Assembly: GCA_964658525.1 (NCBI GenBank)
Contig: CAZZZG010000003.1
Coordinates: 21,965 to 85,964 of the forward strand
DNA: 64,000 bases
Source of the DNA: an uncultured Edaphobacter sp.
Lineage (GTDB): Bacteria > Acidobacteriota > Terriglobia > Terriglobales > Acidobacteriaceae
Reading direction: 5' to 3'
Shown: in pieces, positions 29,015-36,912 of the stretch
How the letters are laid out: every line of letters begins with the position of its first letter
Position numbering within the stretch: the first letter of the stretch is position 1
Notes under the pieces: generated by a model
What the model was told of the DNA's origin: nothing
What the model saw: only the letters and a program-made list of their open reading frames with translations
Database searches by the model: none
Program-made: the position numbers and the translations under genes

Positions 29015-29784
29015 ACACATTATTTGCGGAGGGAGTAGATACCATGCCAGAGGCAATCGGACAAACGTCGGAAGTGATCGCGGCTATAGCTCGGATCGAA
29101 TCGTTGAATTGGTCGCAGATCGCGAATGAACTGAATGATCAGGGAAGTTCTGTGCTGAAAAGTGTGCTCACAGCTGAGGAATGCGTTAGGCTGGCGAAAC
29201 TATATCCAAATGAGGACGGATTCCGTAGCCGCATCGTGATGGGACGGCACGGATTTGGACGCGGAGAGTACAAATACTTCAGCTATCCGCTGCCTGGAAT
29301 TATCCAAGGGATGCGGACTGCGCTATATCGTGAACTTGCCCCCATCGCAAATCATTGGAACGAGAGCATGGCGATCGAGGCCCAGTATCCGAAAGAGCAT
29401 TCCGAGTTCATTCAGCGCTGTCACGACGCTGGTCAATTAAAGCCAACACCACTCCTGTTGCAATACGGGGCTGGAGACTACAACTGCCTGCATCAGGACC
29501 TTTATGGGGAGCATGTGTTCCCGATACAAGTCGCGTTCCTGCTTTCCGAGCCGGGCCGGGATTTTGAAGGCGGAGAGTTCGTATTGACCGAGCAGAGACC
29601 AAGAATGCAGTCCCGGCCCGAAGTGGTTCCTCTACGTCAGGGTGACGCGGTCGCATTCGCTGTTCATCATCGTCCGGTTCAGGGTACGAGAGGCACTTAC
29701 CGTGTCAATCTTCGTCACGGAGTAAGCAGGCTGCGGTCAGGGCATAGGCACACGGTAGGCGTGATCTTTCACGACGCGAGCTAG
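29011..29784 (+). CDS. 2OG-Fe(II) oxygenase of an uncharacterised ada-linked family
   Basis: It has an HxD...H facial triad (NCLHQDLYG ... LRHGVSRL) and RHTVGVIFH. From memory it resembles the Pfam family described as an oxygenase acting on damaged DNA. Its ATG overlaps the ada TGA (ATGA). Confidence 0.65.
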   Translation: MNTLFAEGVDTMPEAIGQTSEVIAAIARIESLNWSQIANELNDQGSSVLKSVLTAEECVRLAKLYPNEDGFRSRIVMGRHGFGRGEYKYFSYPLPGIIQGMRTALYRELAPIANHWNESMAIEAQYPKEHSEFIQRCHDAGQLKPTPLLLQYGAGDYNCLHQDLYGEHVFPIQVAFLLSEPGRDFEGGEFVLTEQRPRMQSRPEVVPLRQGDAVAFAVHHRPVQGTRGTYRVNLRHGVSRLRSGHRHTVGVIFHDAS

Positions 29785-29795
29785 GAGAATACGCG

Positions 29796-30446
29796 ATGTC
29801 GACACTCTTTGACTCAATTCGCGATCCAGGGCTGCCTCGGGATCTCCTCGGCCCTGGAACCGCCATTCTGAACGGCTTTGCACTTGGACGTGAGACTGAG
29901 TTGGCTTTTGTGATGCAAGCCATTACTAAACTTGCACCCTTTCGGCACATGATCACCCCCGGCGGTTTTCGTATGTCTGTGGCGCTCACAAACTGCGGAA
30001 CATACGGCTGGGTGACTGACCGGACGGGATATCGTTACGACAGTATCGATCCCGAGACTGGACAGCATTGGCCGGGAATGCCTGGTAATTTTCTCGAATT
30101 GGCCAGAGATGCTGCATCCGCGGCTGGCTTCCCGTCATTCAATCCTGACGCATGTCTCATCAATCGCTACCAGCCAGGGTCGCGGCTTACCCTTCATCAG
30201 GACAAAAACGAACGAGACTTCACGCAACCCATCGTTTCGGTCTCGCTTGGATTGCCGGCAACCTTCCTCTTTGGAGGTATGGAACGTTCCGATAAGAGCG
30301 TCCGAGTCCCGGTACATCACGGCGACGTGATCGTCTGGGGCGGGCCGGCCCGACTACGCTACCACGGGATCAACCCTCTGAAAGACGGAGTGCATCCGAC
30401 GTTCGGAGGCTATCGCTACAACCTAACCTTTAGGGCAGCGGGATAG
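29796..30446 (+). CDS. alkB: Alpha-ketoglutarate-dependent DNA/RNA dioxygenase AlkB
   Basis: INRYQPGSRLTLHQDKNERDFTQPIVSVSLGLPATFLFGG...GDVIVWGGPARLRYHGI...RYNLTFR is the AlkB signature. An AGGAG RBS is present. Confidence 0.9.
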   Translation: MSTLFDSIRDPGLPRDLLGPGTAILNGFALGRETELAFVMQAITKLAPFRHMITPGGFRMSVALTNCGTYGWVTDRTGYRYDSIDPETGQHWPGMPGNFLELARDAASAAGFPSFNPDACLINRYQPGSRLTLHQDKNERDFTQPIVSVSLGLPATFLFGGMERSDKSVRVPVHHGDVIVWGGPARLRYHGINPLKDGVHPTFGGYRYNLTFRAAG

Positions 30447-30505
30447 GACAGTCGCGAGCACAGGAACCTCGCACAGGGGAGAGAGAAATTCAGGAGAAAA
30501 AGGTT

Positions 30506-30751
30506 ATGCGTTCGAAACGGGATCTAGATACCGTCGATAGTTTGCAATCGGAGCAATACATCATAGAAGCGGACAGCCTCGATACGGACACGCTCGAGGA
30601 AAATAAGGAGTTTGTTCTGCAGTCGATCGCTGCACTCGCGGAATCTGGCCTTGGCATCCTTCATCAACTGCCTGGCCAGATTCAACGTCTCTATCTCGCT
30701 ACAGGAGGAATCTTTCATTTAGGAGATTCGGGCGTTACCCGGCTGAGGTGA
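30506..30751 (+). CDS. Hypothetical acidic protein (81 aa)
   Basis: AGGAG lies 9 nt upstream of the ATG. No motif is evident, and an antisense ORF (30524..30718) is equally open. Confidence 0.3.
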   Translation: MRSKRDLDTVDSLQSEQYIIEADSLDTDTLEENKEFVLQSIAALAESGLGILHQLPGQIQRLYLATGGIFHLGDSGVTRLR

Positions 30752-31009
30752 TTTGGGTGATAAAGTCGAAAATTACTTTGTTACAGGGCCGCAAGCGTCA
30801 ATGGCGGTCCTCTTGTGTCACTTTTACCGTTGTCAAGACAGGTCCAGTTAAACGTTTTGTTCCTATCACCTTCGACCGAACTCTTTATAGGGGTTCAACT
30901 GTACTTTCCTCTAGGGCAGCTTGTGAGAGGCACTCTCTACACTAATGCTTGGATGAACCTGCACCATTTTACTAATCGGTCGCCGCATAGCATCTCGAAA
31001 GGAAGATTG

Positions 31010-31688
31010 ATGACCAGCAAACCAGAACTGATCGCCCGCCAGAAGTCACCACTCTCGACCCCCTCGGACCTGATCCGGAATCGGTTAAAGAAATTACGGG
31101 TGGACTCAATGCACTCCTTGCAGACGTATTCGTTCTGTATTTGAAGACGAAGAACCTTCCACTGGCACATGTCCGGCCCTCACTTCCGTGACTTCCATCT
31201 GCTCCTGGATGACCATGCGGATCAGATCTTCGCAATGACAGACGAGCTTGCAGAGCGCGTTCGCAAAATCGGCGGGACAACCGTTCGCTCGATCGGGCAT
31301 ATCTGCCGCCTCCAGCGTCTTGCAGACAATGACGCCGACTTTGTCACTCCTGAAGACATACTGAGCGAACTTTCACGAAGATGAAAAGAGGTTGGTTCAG
31401 ATTATGAGGTTGGGGGATATATCAGTCGGCGTCCAGGGGGTTGACCGTGGCATCTGCTGTCTCTTCGGCGCTCTGTTGCAGCGGGCAATTCAATCCTGCT
31501 GCGCCTTTGGAATATTGGCTCGGTCGGCCCTCCATATCTGGAGTGCATGCTGCGGGATGGCTCGCGAATACGAAAAGCTTAGTATCCATGGAAGCCTGGG
31601 CCGGTGGTTCTGATTCATCCATCGCCAGAAGACCTCGGTCGCCGGCAAACAGCGCGGCTGGTTTCTCTTCGAGTCGACACGACGCTAG
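31010..31688 (+). pseudogene. dps: dps (DNA-binding ferritin-like protein) disrupted by at least 3 frameshifts
   Basis: GAAAGGAAG precedes ATG 31010. Joining frames gives MTSKPELIARQKSPLSTPSDL / PESVKEITGGLNALLADVFVLYLKTKN / FHWHMSGPHFRDFHLLLDDHADQIFAMTDELAERVRKIGGTTVRSIGHICRLQRLADNDADFVTPEDILSELS / EDEKRLVQIMR. The shifts lie near 31072, 31155 and 31375, and the 3' third cannot be reconstructed cleanly. Confidence 0.8.
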
Positions 31689-31815
31689 AGGTATCTGAAT
31701 AACTTTCGAGGAGAACAAAGCTTTATGTCATCGCTCGATAGTTCTCATGGATGGACTGCATTCGCTAATCTTCTCAACACAAAGCAATTGTGCCAGGATT
31801 TATGAGGATTTTTCC

Positions 31816-33276
31816 ATGGATTCAAGGAGTCAGGCAGCTCACGTTATGTCGACGGTCGTTGAGACCACCCCTGAAATCTCGCCTGAGAAGTACGATCTTG
31901 TCATCATAGGCAGTGGTACGGGAGCCAAACTCTCTGCATGGACGCTAGGCAAGCAGGGATGGCGCATTGCAATCATTGAACGGAAGTACATCGGAGGTGC
32001 CTGCAACAACATTGCCTGTCTGCCTTCGAAGAACCTGATTCACACAGCGCAGATATCTTCGTATGCACATCGGCTTAGCGAATTCGGGATGGAGGCGACA
32101 GACCTCAGAGTTAATATGTCCGGAGTCCGCGAACGAAAACGGCAGATGGTCAATGGTGAGATCGAAGGGGACTCGAATCTGTTTCGCTTGACAGGAGGTG
32201 AGCTCATCCTCGGAGTCGGGCGCATGGTGGGTCCTAAGCTGGTAGAAGTCATCACCAATGACGGCAGGAAGCGCCTTCTCGAGGGAACTCAAATATTGAT
32301 CGGTACAGGTAGCCGAGCTGTCATCGATGAGACGCCTGGATTACGGGAATCGAATCCCCTAACCCACATTGAAGCACTCGAGTTGGGCATTATTCCAGAT
32401 CATCTCGTGATTCTTGGAGCTGGTTATGTTGGGCTGGAATTTGCACAGGCTATGAGACGCCTCGGCAGCAGAGTTACCCTCATCGATCGGGGCGAGCGGG
32501 TCTTGAAGCAGGAAGACCCGGACGTCAGTGAGGCAGTCCATGATCTGCTGCGCGACGAGGGTATCGATTTGCTTCTTGAAGCGACAGTTACCTCTGTCTC
32601 GGGTGAATCAGGGAAACGAGTGTCTCTCATGATCGATCAGAGCGGCAGACAAGTAACCCTCAATGCGACTCACATCTTAGTTACGACAAAGAGGATTCCA
32701 AACACAGACGTACTTGGACTGGATGCGGCGGGCGTCGAGACCGATGCGGAGGGATACATCCGGGTCAACGAACACCTTCAGACGACCGCCTCCGGCGTCT
32801 GGGCAGTGGGCGATGTCGCCGGAACCCCAAAGTTCACTCACGCAGCCTTCCATGACTTTCAGGTATTCACGGACAACGTCACCGGCGGCCACAAGAGTAC
32901 CGAAGGAAGACTGATCCCTTTCTGTCTCTTTCTTGATCCGGAGCTGGCCCGTGTCGGATTGAATGAGACGGAAGCCAAGGCCCGCGGTATCAAGTATCGT
33001 CTTTTCAAATTGCCAATAGGTATCGTACTTCGCGCACGAGCAACAATGGAAAAACGAGGGTTCATGAAGGCCCTGGTGGCAACCGACTCCGGTAAGATTC
33101 TCGGCTTTCTGTCGTTCGGTGCCAACGCAGGCGAAGTCATGGCAGTGGTACAGATGGCTATGATTGCTGGACTTCCCTACACCGCGTTTACGGATGCCAT
33201 TCTTACCCATCCGACGATGGCAGAAGGGCTGAAGTTCCTATTCTTGTCGCAGCTGACCGGCAGCGCAATATCATAG
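31816..33276 (+). CDS. Class-I pyridine nucleotide-disulfide oxidoreductase, RclA/YkgC (MerA-like) subgroup
   Basis: Motifs are DLVIIGSGTGA, the redox disulfide GGACNNIACLPSK, a second dinucleotide fold LVILGAGYVGLEF, and GDVAGTPKFTHAAFHDF...THPTMAEGL. It has no NmerA domain and no C-terminal Cys pair. GAGGA precedes ATG 31816. Confidence 0.75.
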   Translation: MDSRSQAAHVMSTVVETTPEISPEKYDLVIIGSGTGAKLSAWTLGKQGWRIAIIERKYIGGACNNIACLPSKNLIHTAQISSYAHRLSEFGMEATDLRVNMSGVRERKRQMVNGEIEGDSNLFRLTGGELILGVGRMVGPKLVEVITNDGRKRLLEGTQILIGTGSRAVIDETPGLRESNPLTHIEALELGIIPDHLVILGAGYVGLEFAQAMRRLGSRVTLIDRGERVLKQEDPDVSEAVHDLLRDEGIDLLLEATVTSVSGESGKRVSLMIDQSGRQVTLNATHILVTTKRIPNTDVLGLDAAGVETDAEGYIRVNEHLQTTASGVWAVGDVAGTPKFTHAAFHDFQVFTDNVTGGHKSTEGRLIPFCLFLDPELARVGLNETEAKARGIKYRLFKLPIGIVLRARATMEKRGFMKALVATDSGKILGFLSFGANAGEVMAVVQMAMIAGLPYTAFTDAILTHPTMAEGLKFLFLSQLTGSAIS

Positions 33277-33351
33277 ATCATATCGTCGCCAGATTCGACA
33301 GGGTCATCGCTTCTATCGGACTATCCAGCTCTCAAGCCATTCACCGGCAGG

Positions 33352-33918
33352 CTAGGTTTGAAGACCCACCCTGTCTCGATGTTTAGTAGGTAATAGATTG
33401 TTCCAGTTCCTCGAGTGACAGCGGGGTAGATGGCGCTCGAACCAGGCGAGGAGTTGCTGCTCATCGAGTGTGCGTTCTGCCAAGAGATAGTCAGCGAGAT
33501 GATCAATTGCAACTCCGTCCACTCTGATAAATCGAGAGGCGAGCTTGTAGCCGACATGAGCAAATGGGTTCGTGTCTCTGAGACTGGAAACAAGCCCCCA
33601 CTGCACGGCGGCTTCACGCGCCTCCTGCGCGCTCGTCATGTCGGAGTTCAGTTGCTTCGAGATCGACTCCGATAGCGGTTCCGTCTGTTTCTGATCAACG
33701 ATCGTGCCAACGTAGACGAAAGCAAATCCCCGTTGTATCAGCTTCATATCGTTCCGATAAGGTTCCCTGGCCTGCGTCCAGTCACAAGTGATTCCGCTTG
33801 ATTGTTCGCCCGCGTCGACTACAGTAATGCGTTCAACGCGGAAGTTCGCACGCAAAGCGACCAGGGCGCGTGCAGCAAGATGTCTGGCAATCTGTTTATG
33901 TTGATCGATATCGTTCAT
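33352..33918 (-). CDS. Hypothetical protein (188 aa)
   Basis: Long ORF with no recognisable motif. Confidence 0.45.
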   Translation of the reverse strand: MNDIDQHKQIARHLAARALVALRANFRVERITVVDAGEQSSGITCDWTQAREPYRNDMKLIQRGFAFVYVGTIVDQKQTEPLSESISKQLNSDMTSAQEAREAAVQWGLVSSLRDTNPFAHVGYKLASRFIRVDGVAIDHLADYLLAERTLDEQQLLAWFERHLPRCHSRNWNNLLPTKHRDRVGLQT

Positions 33919-34007
33919 ATTGACTCCGTTCTGGTTCGTTATTGCTACTGCTGTCTCGGATAGGATGCCGCTGATCTGGCGAATATGTTTGTGATATTCT
34001 CGCTCAC

Positions 34008-34193
34008 ATGAGTGCCAGCGACGACAAGATCATCATCCGCAAAACGATACTGGCCCTCCAGTCACAGATCGCAGATCTCGACATTGAAATTGACGAAGAA
34101 GGTAGCGGAAGTTCGATTACTCTTCAAAAGGTAGAAGCCATCTTGCAGGATGCCGTGAAACACCTCGAAGATGAATTCGCCAAACTGAGCTGA
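34008..34193 (+). CDS. Hypothetical small acidic coiled-coil protein (61 aa)
   Basis: This is an ORF only, divergent from 33352..33918. Confidence 0.25.
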   Translation: MSASDDKIIIRKTILALQSQIADLDIEIDEEGSGSSITLQKVEAILQDAVKHLEDEFAKLS

Positions 34194-34308
34194 TTGACCG
34201 GTAAGAGTGCAGCCCCTCCTGTTTGCTTCCAAACAATATCCTCCGCCCCTTGTTAGAGCTTGCTAGGGATGCGTTGAAATAATTGCCTGCGATTCAGTCG
34301 AACGACCA

Positions 34309-34343
34309 GAGGGCGCTCTGAAACGTTATTTCAGAGCGCCCTC
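34309..34343. terminator. Perfect 15-bp stem / 5-nt loop hairpin between convergent genes
   Basis: GAGGGCGCTCTGAAA (34309-34323), loop CGTTA, then TTTCAGAGCGCCCTC (34329-34343). There is no clear U-tract on either side. Confidence 0.5.
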
Positions 34344-34399
34344 GGAACACCTTTGGTCGTCCCGTACAGACCCTTATTGAAGGATCTTTCGCGTTGATC

Positions 34400-35299
34400 T
34401 TATATCTTGGCTGATTCGAAGAAACTGCGCATTGCTTCCGCAATCTCCACAACATGCGTTTCGAGCGCGAAGTGTCCGGCATCAACAAATTGAACTGTGG
34501 CCTTTGGAATGTCCTTCTTAAAAGCTTCCGCGCCTGCAGGTATAAAGAAGGGGTCGTTCTTGCCCCAGACTGCAAGGAACGGAGGCTGATGTGTCCGGAA
34601 GTACTCGTGGAACTTCGGATAAATCGTTACATTATTGCGGTAGTCGAAATGCAGATCGAGCTGGACGTCGATATTCCCGGGACGCTCAACGAGCGCGATG
34701 TCGAGGGTGTAGCTCTCTGGCGAGACCCGGTCCGGTTCAGGCATTCCAGTAAAGTACTGAAATCGAATTCCGTCCGCTCCAAGAAATCCTCGAATCACTT
34801 CGCGGTTCTCGGCTGTGTCTTCCTTCCACCACTTCTTGAGAGGCGCCCACGGCTCGCCCATGCCCTCCTCATATGCGTTTCCGTTCTGGGAAACAATCGC
34901 GGATATCCGCTCGGGACGTGAGAGTGCCAGACGAAGTCCGGTAGGCGCGCCAAAGTCGAAGATGTAGAGAGCATATCGCTTCAAGTTAAGCGCGTCGGTG
35001 AACGCTTCGATTGTCTTCGCGAGGGAGTCGAAAGTATAGGTGTACTTTCTTTCGGCAGGTACTTCGGTGAATCCGAAGCCCGGAAGATCCGGAGCAATCA
35101 CCCTGTACTTGTCCGCGAGACGGAGGATCAATTCCTTGAATTGAAATGAGGACGTTGGAAATCCGTGAAGCAGCAAAACGACCGGGCCATCAGCCGGCCC
35201 CGCTTCACGATAAAAAACGGAAACGCCGTCCGCTGACACCCGGCGCAGGGATGTGTGAGGGATCATGCTCTTGGAAGTTGACATAGTAGAAAGCCCCAA
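34400..35299 (-). CDS. Alpha/beta hydrolase with Asp nucleophile (epoxide hydrolase/dehalogenase-like), paralog 1
   Basis: VLLLHGFPTSSFQFKELI...VIAPDLPGFGFT and the nucleophile elbow YIFDFGAPTG. The start is uncertain (TTG 35299, ATG 35284 or ATG 35266). Confidence 0.85.
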   Translation of the reverse strand: MGLSTMSTSKSMIPHTSLRRVSADGVSVFYREAGPADGPVVLLLHGFPTSSFQFKELILRLADKYRVIAPDLPGFGFTEVPAERKYTYTFDSLAKTIEAFTDALNLKRYALYIFDFGAPTGLRLALSRPERISAIVSQNGNAYEEGMGEPWAPLKKWWKEDTAENREVIRGFLGADGIRFQYFTGMPEPDRVSPESYTLDIALVERPGNIDVQLDLHFDYRNNVTIYPKFHEYFRTHQPPFLAVWGKNDPFFIPAGAEAFKKDIPKATVQFVDAGHFALETHVVEIAEAMRSFFESAKI

Positions 35300-35612
35300 T
35301 CGAAAGTATGTTGTGCAATACGGTATGAATTGCTCAGATAAGAGCCTGGAATAGGTGCGCGGGTTACAAAATTTTTGAGTTGATCCGAAGCAGTCCCAGA
35401 GAGACCGACAGTTTCGGGATCTGGTTTTTGAATCCCGAAGCGATTCTGGTCAATCGATGTCCGAGAGCCAACGTGAACACTCGTAAATAAAATGTAACCC
35501 CGCATCCAACGTGCAGCTCTCATCTCGGACAAAAGATTCAGTAATCGGTGACGGAAGTCTGTGCCCATGAGAAAGGGAGTTTACGCACCGGAACCTGGAT
35601 ATTCAGTCCACG

Positions 35613-35879
35613 ATGGGAGCACGAATGATAGGGAAACTTGCAATTGGATGTGCATTGTCGCTCGCAATTGGAGCGATGTGCCGCTGGGTCGATATTCCAC
35701 TACCTAGTCCGCCAAAGATTCAAGGCGCGCTTCTCGTCGTAGCCATGACCCTCGGCTATCTTGCCACTGATTGGGTCATTTCCAGAAAGATCCCCTCCAA
35801 AGGGGCAGCGACAACGCAGTCCCTTTGTGGCGGGCCGACGGGAGTTCCCTGTGCGCCGAAACAACCGCAAGAGCAGTAG
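35613..35879 (+). CDS. XapX-domain-like small membrane protein
   Basis: GKLAIGCALSLAIGAMCRWVDIPLPSPPKIQGALLVVAMTLGY resembles the XapX pattern (...SPAPP..aL.GllGi..G). Confidence 0.5.
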   Translation: MGARMIGKLAIGCALSLAIGAMCRWVDIPLPSPPKIQGALLVVAMTLGYLATDWVISRKIPSKGAATTQSLCGGPTGVPCAPKQPQEQ

Positions 35880-35923
35880 TTTTTGCGTTGACCATAACCA
35901 ACAGCATCCACCGGAGAAGCCCA

Positions 35924-36814
35924 ATGACGACCACCGCCACACCACCATCCCCAACCAAGCCTTATCCTGTCCACTACGAGACCGTAGCCATTGATGAGCA
36001 GGAGGTTTTCTACCGTGAAGCAGGATCAGCCGATGCTCCGGTGATGCTCCTTCTCCACGGATTTCCCACCTCCTCGAACATGTTCCGGAACCTGATTGCG
36101 AAACTCTCCCCGAACTTTCATGTAATTGCGCCCGATTACATCGGATACGGACTCAGCAGCATGCCTGATCCTAAGAAGTTCGCTTACACCTTCGAAAACC
36201 AAACCAACTTTGTCGAAAAGCTTGTAAAGCATCTTGGACTCACAAAGTTCTTCATGTACGTTATGGACTACGGAGCCCCAATCGGGTATCGTCTCGCATT
36301 GCGCCATCCTGAAAAGATCGCGGGCTTCGTCATTCAGAACGGGAATGCCTATGACGGTGGTCTCCTCGAATTTTGGGATCCCATCAAGAAGTATTGGAAC
36401 GACCATTCCTCAGAGAGCGAAGCTGGCATCGCGCATCTCGTCAAACTGGACGCGACGAAATGGCAATACCAGAATGGTGTCTCCGACACTTCCCTACTCG
36501 ATCCAACAGCCTGGATACTGGATCAGTGCGGACTTGATCGACCGGAAAACGACAGAGTTCAACTCGACATGTTTTACGACTATAGGACGAACGTCCCCCT
36601 TTATCCCCAGTTTCAGGAGTTCTTCCGCAAATACCAACCTCCGACATTGATCGTTTGGGGAGAGAAGGATTTCATCTTCCCGCCACCTGGTGCCGAGGCC
36701 TACAAGCAGGATCTGAAGAATCTTGAAACGTATATGCTCCCCACCGGACATTTCGCGCTTGAGACGCACTGCGACGAAATCGCGGACCACATCAACCGCT
36801 ACTTTCACAAGTAG
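35924..36814 (+). CDS. Alpha/beta hydrolase with Asp nucleophile, paralog 2
   Basis: VMLLLHGFPTSSNMFRNLI...VIAPDYIGYGLS and the elbow YVMDYGAPIG. GGAGAAG precedes ATG 35924, so the track start at 35771 is an upstream extension. Confidence 0.85.
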   Translation: MTTTATPPSPTKPYPVHYETVAIDEQEVFYREAGSADAPVMLLLHGFPTSSNMFRNLIAKLSPNFHVIAPDYIGYGLSSMPDPKKFAYTFENQTNFVEKLVKHLGLTKFFMYVMDYGAPIGYRLALRHPEKIAGFVIQNGNAYDGGLLEFWDPIKKYWNDHSSESEAGIAHLVKLDATKWQYQNGVSDTSLLDPTAWILDQCGLDRPENDRVQLDMFYDYRTNVPLYPQFQEFFRKYQPPTLIVWGEKDFIFPPPGAEAYKQDLKNLETYMLPTGHFALETHCDEIADHINRYFHK

Positions 36815-36912
36815 GCGTAACCCGACGATATGTCCGCAATTGCTCGGCCCACAACACCCTGAGAAGGGTATGCTTCTTTGAGCGCCTTCATCCGGAGGCG
36901 CTCGAAGAAGCC

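Noticed and set aside
30524-30718. Antisense 64-aa ORF opposite the 30506..30751 ORF
   Set aside because: It has no ribosome-binding site, whereas the plus-strand ORF has AGGAG at good spacing. Neither ORF has homology evidence, so only the plus-strand one is listed, at low confidence.
31656-31688. GWFLFE taken as the definite C-terminus of the dps pseudogene
   Set aside because: It lies about 140 nt further downstream than expected from Dps proportions, and the intervening region cannot be aligned. I kept it only as a tentative outer boundary.
31816-33276. Mercuric reductase (merA) call
   Set aside because: It has no NmerA metal-binding domain and no C-terminal vicinal cysteines. No merR, merT or merP is nearby.
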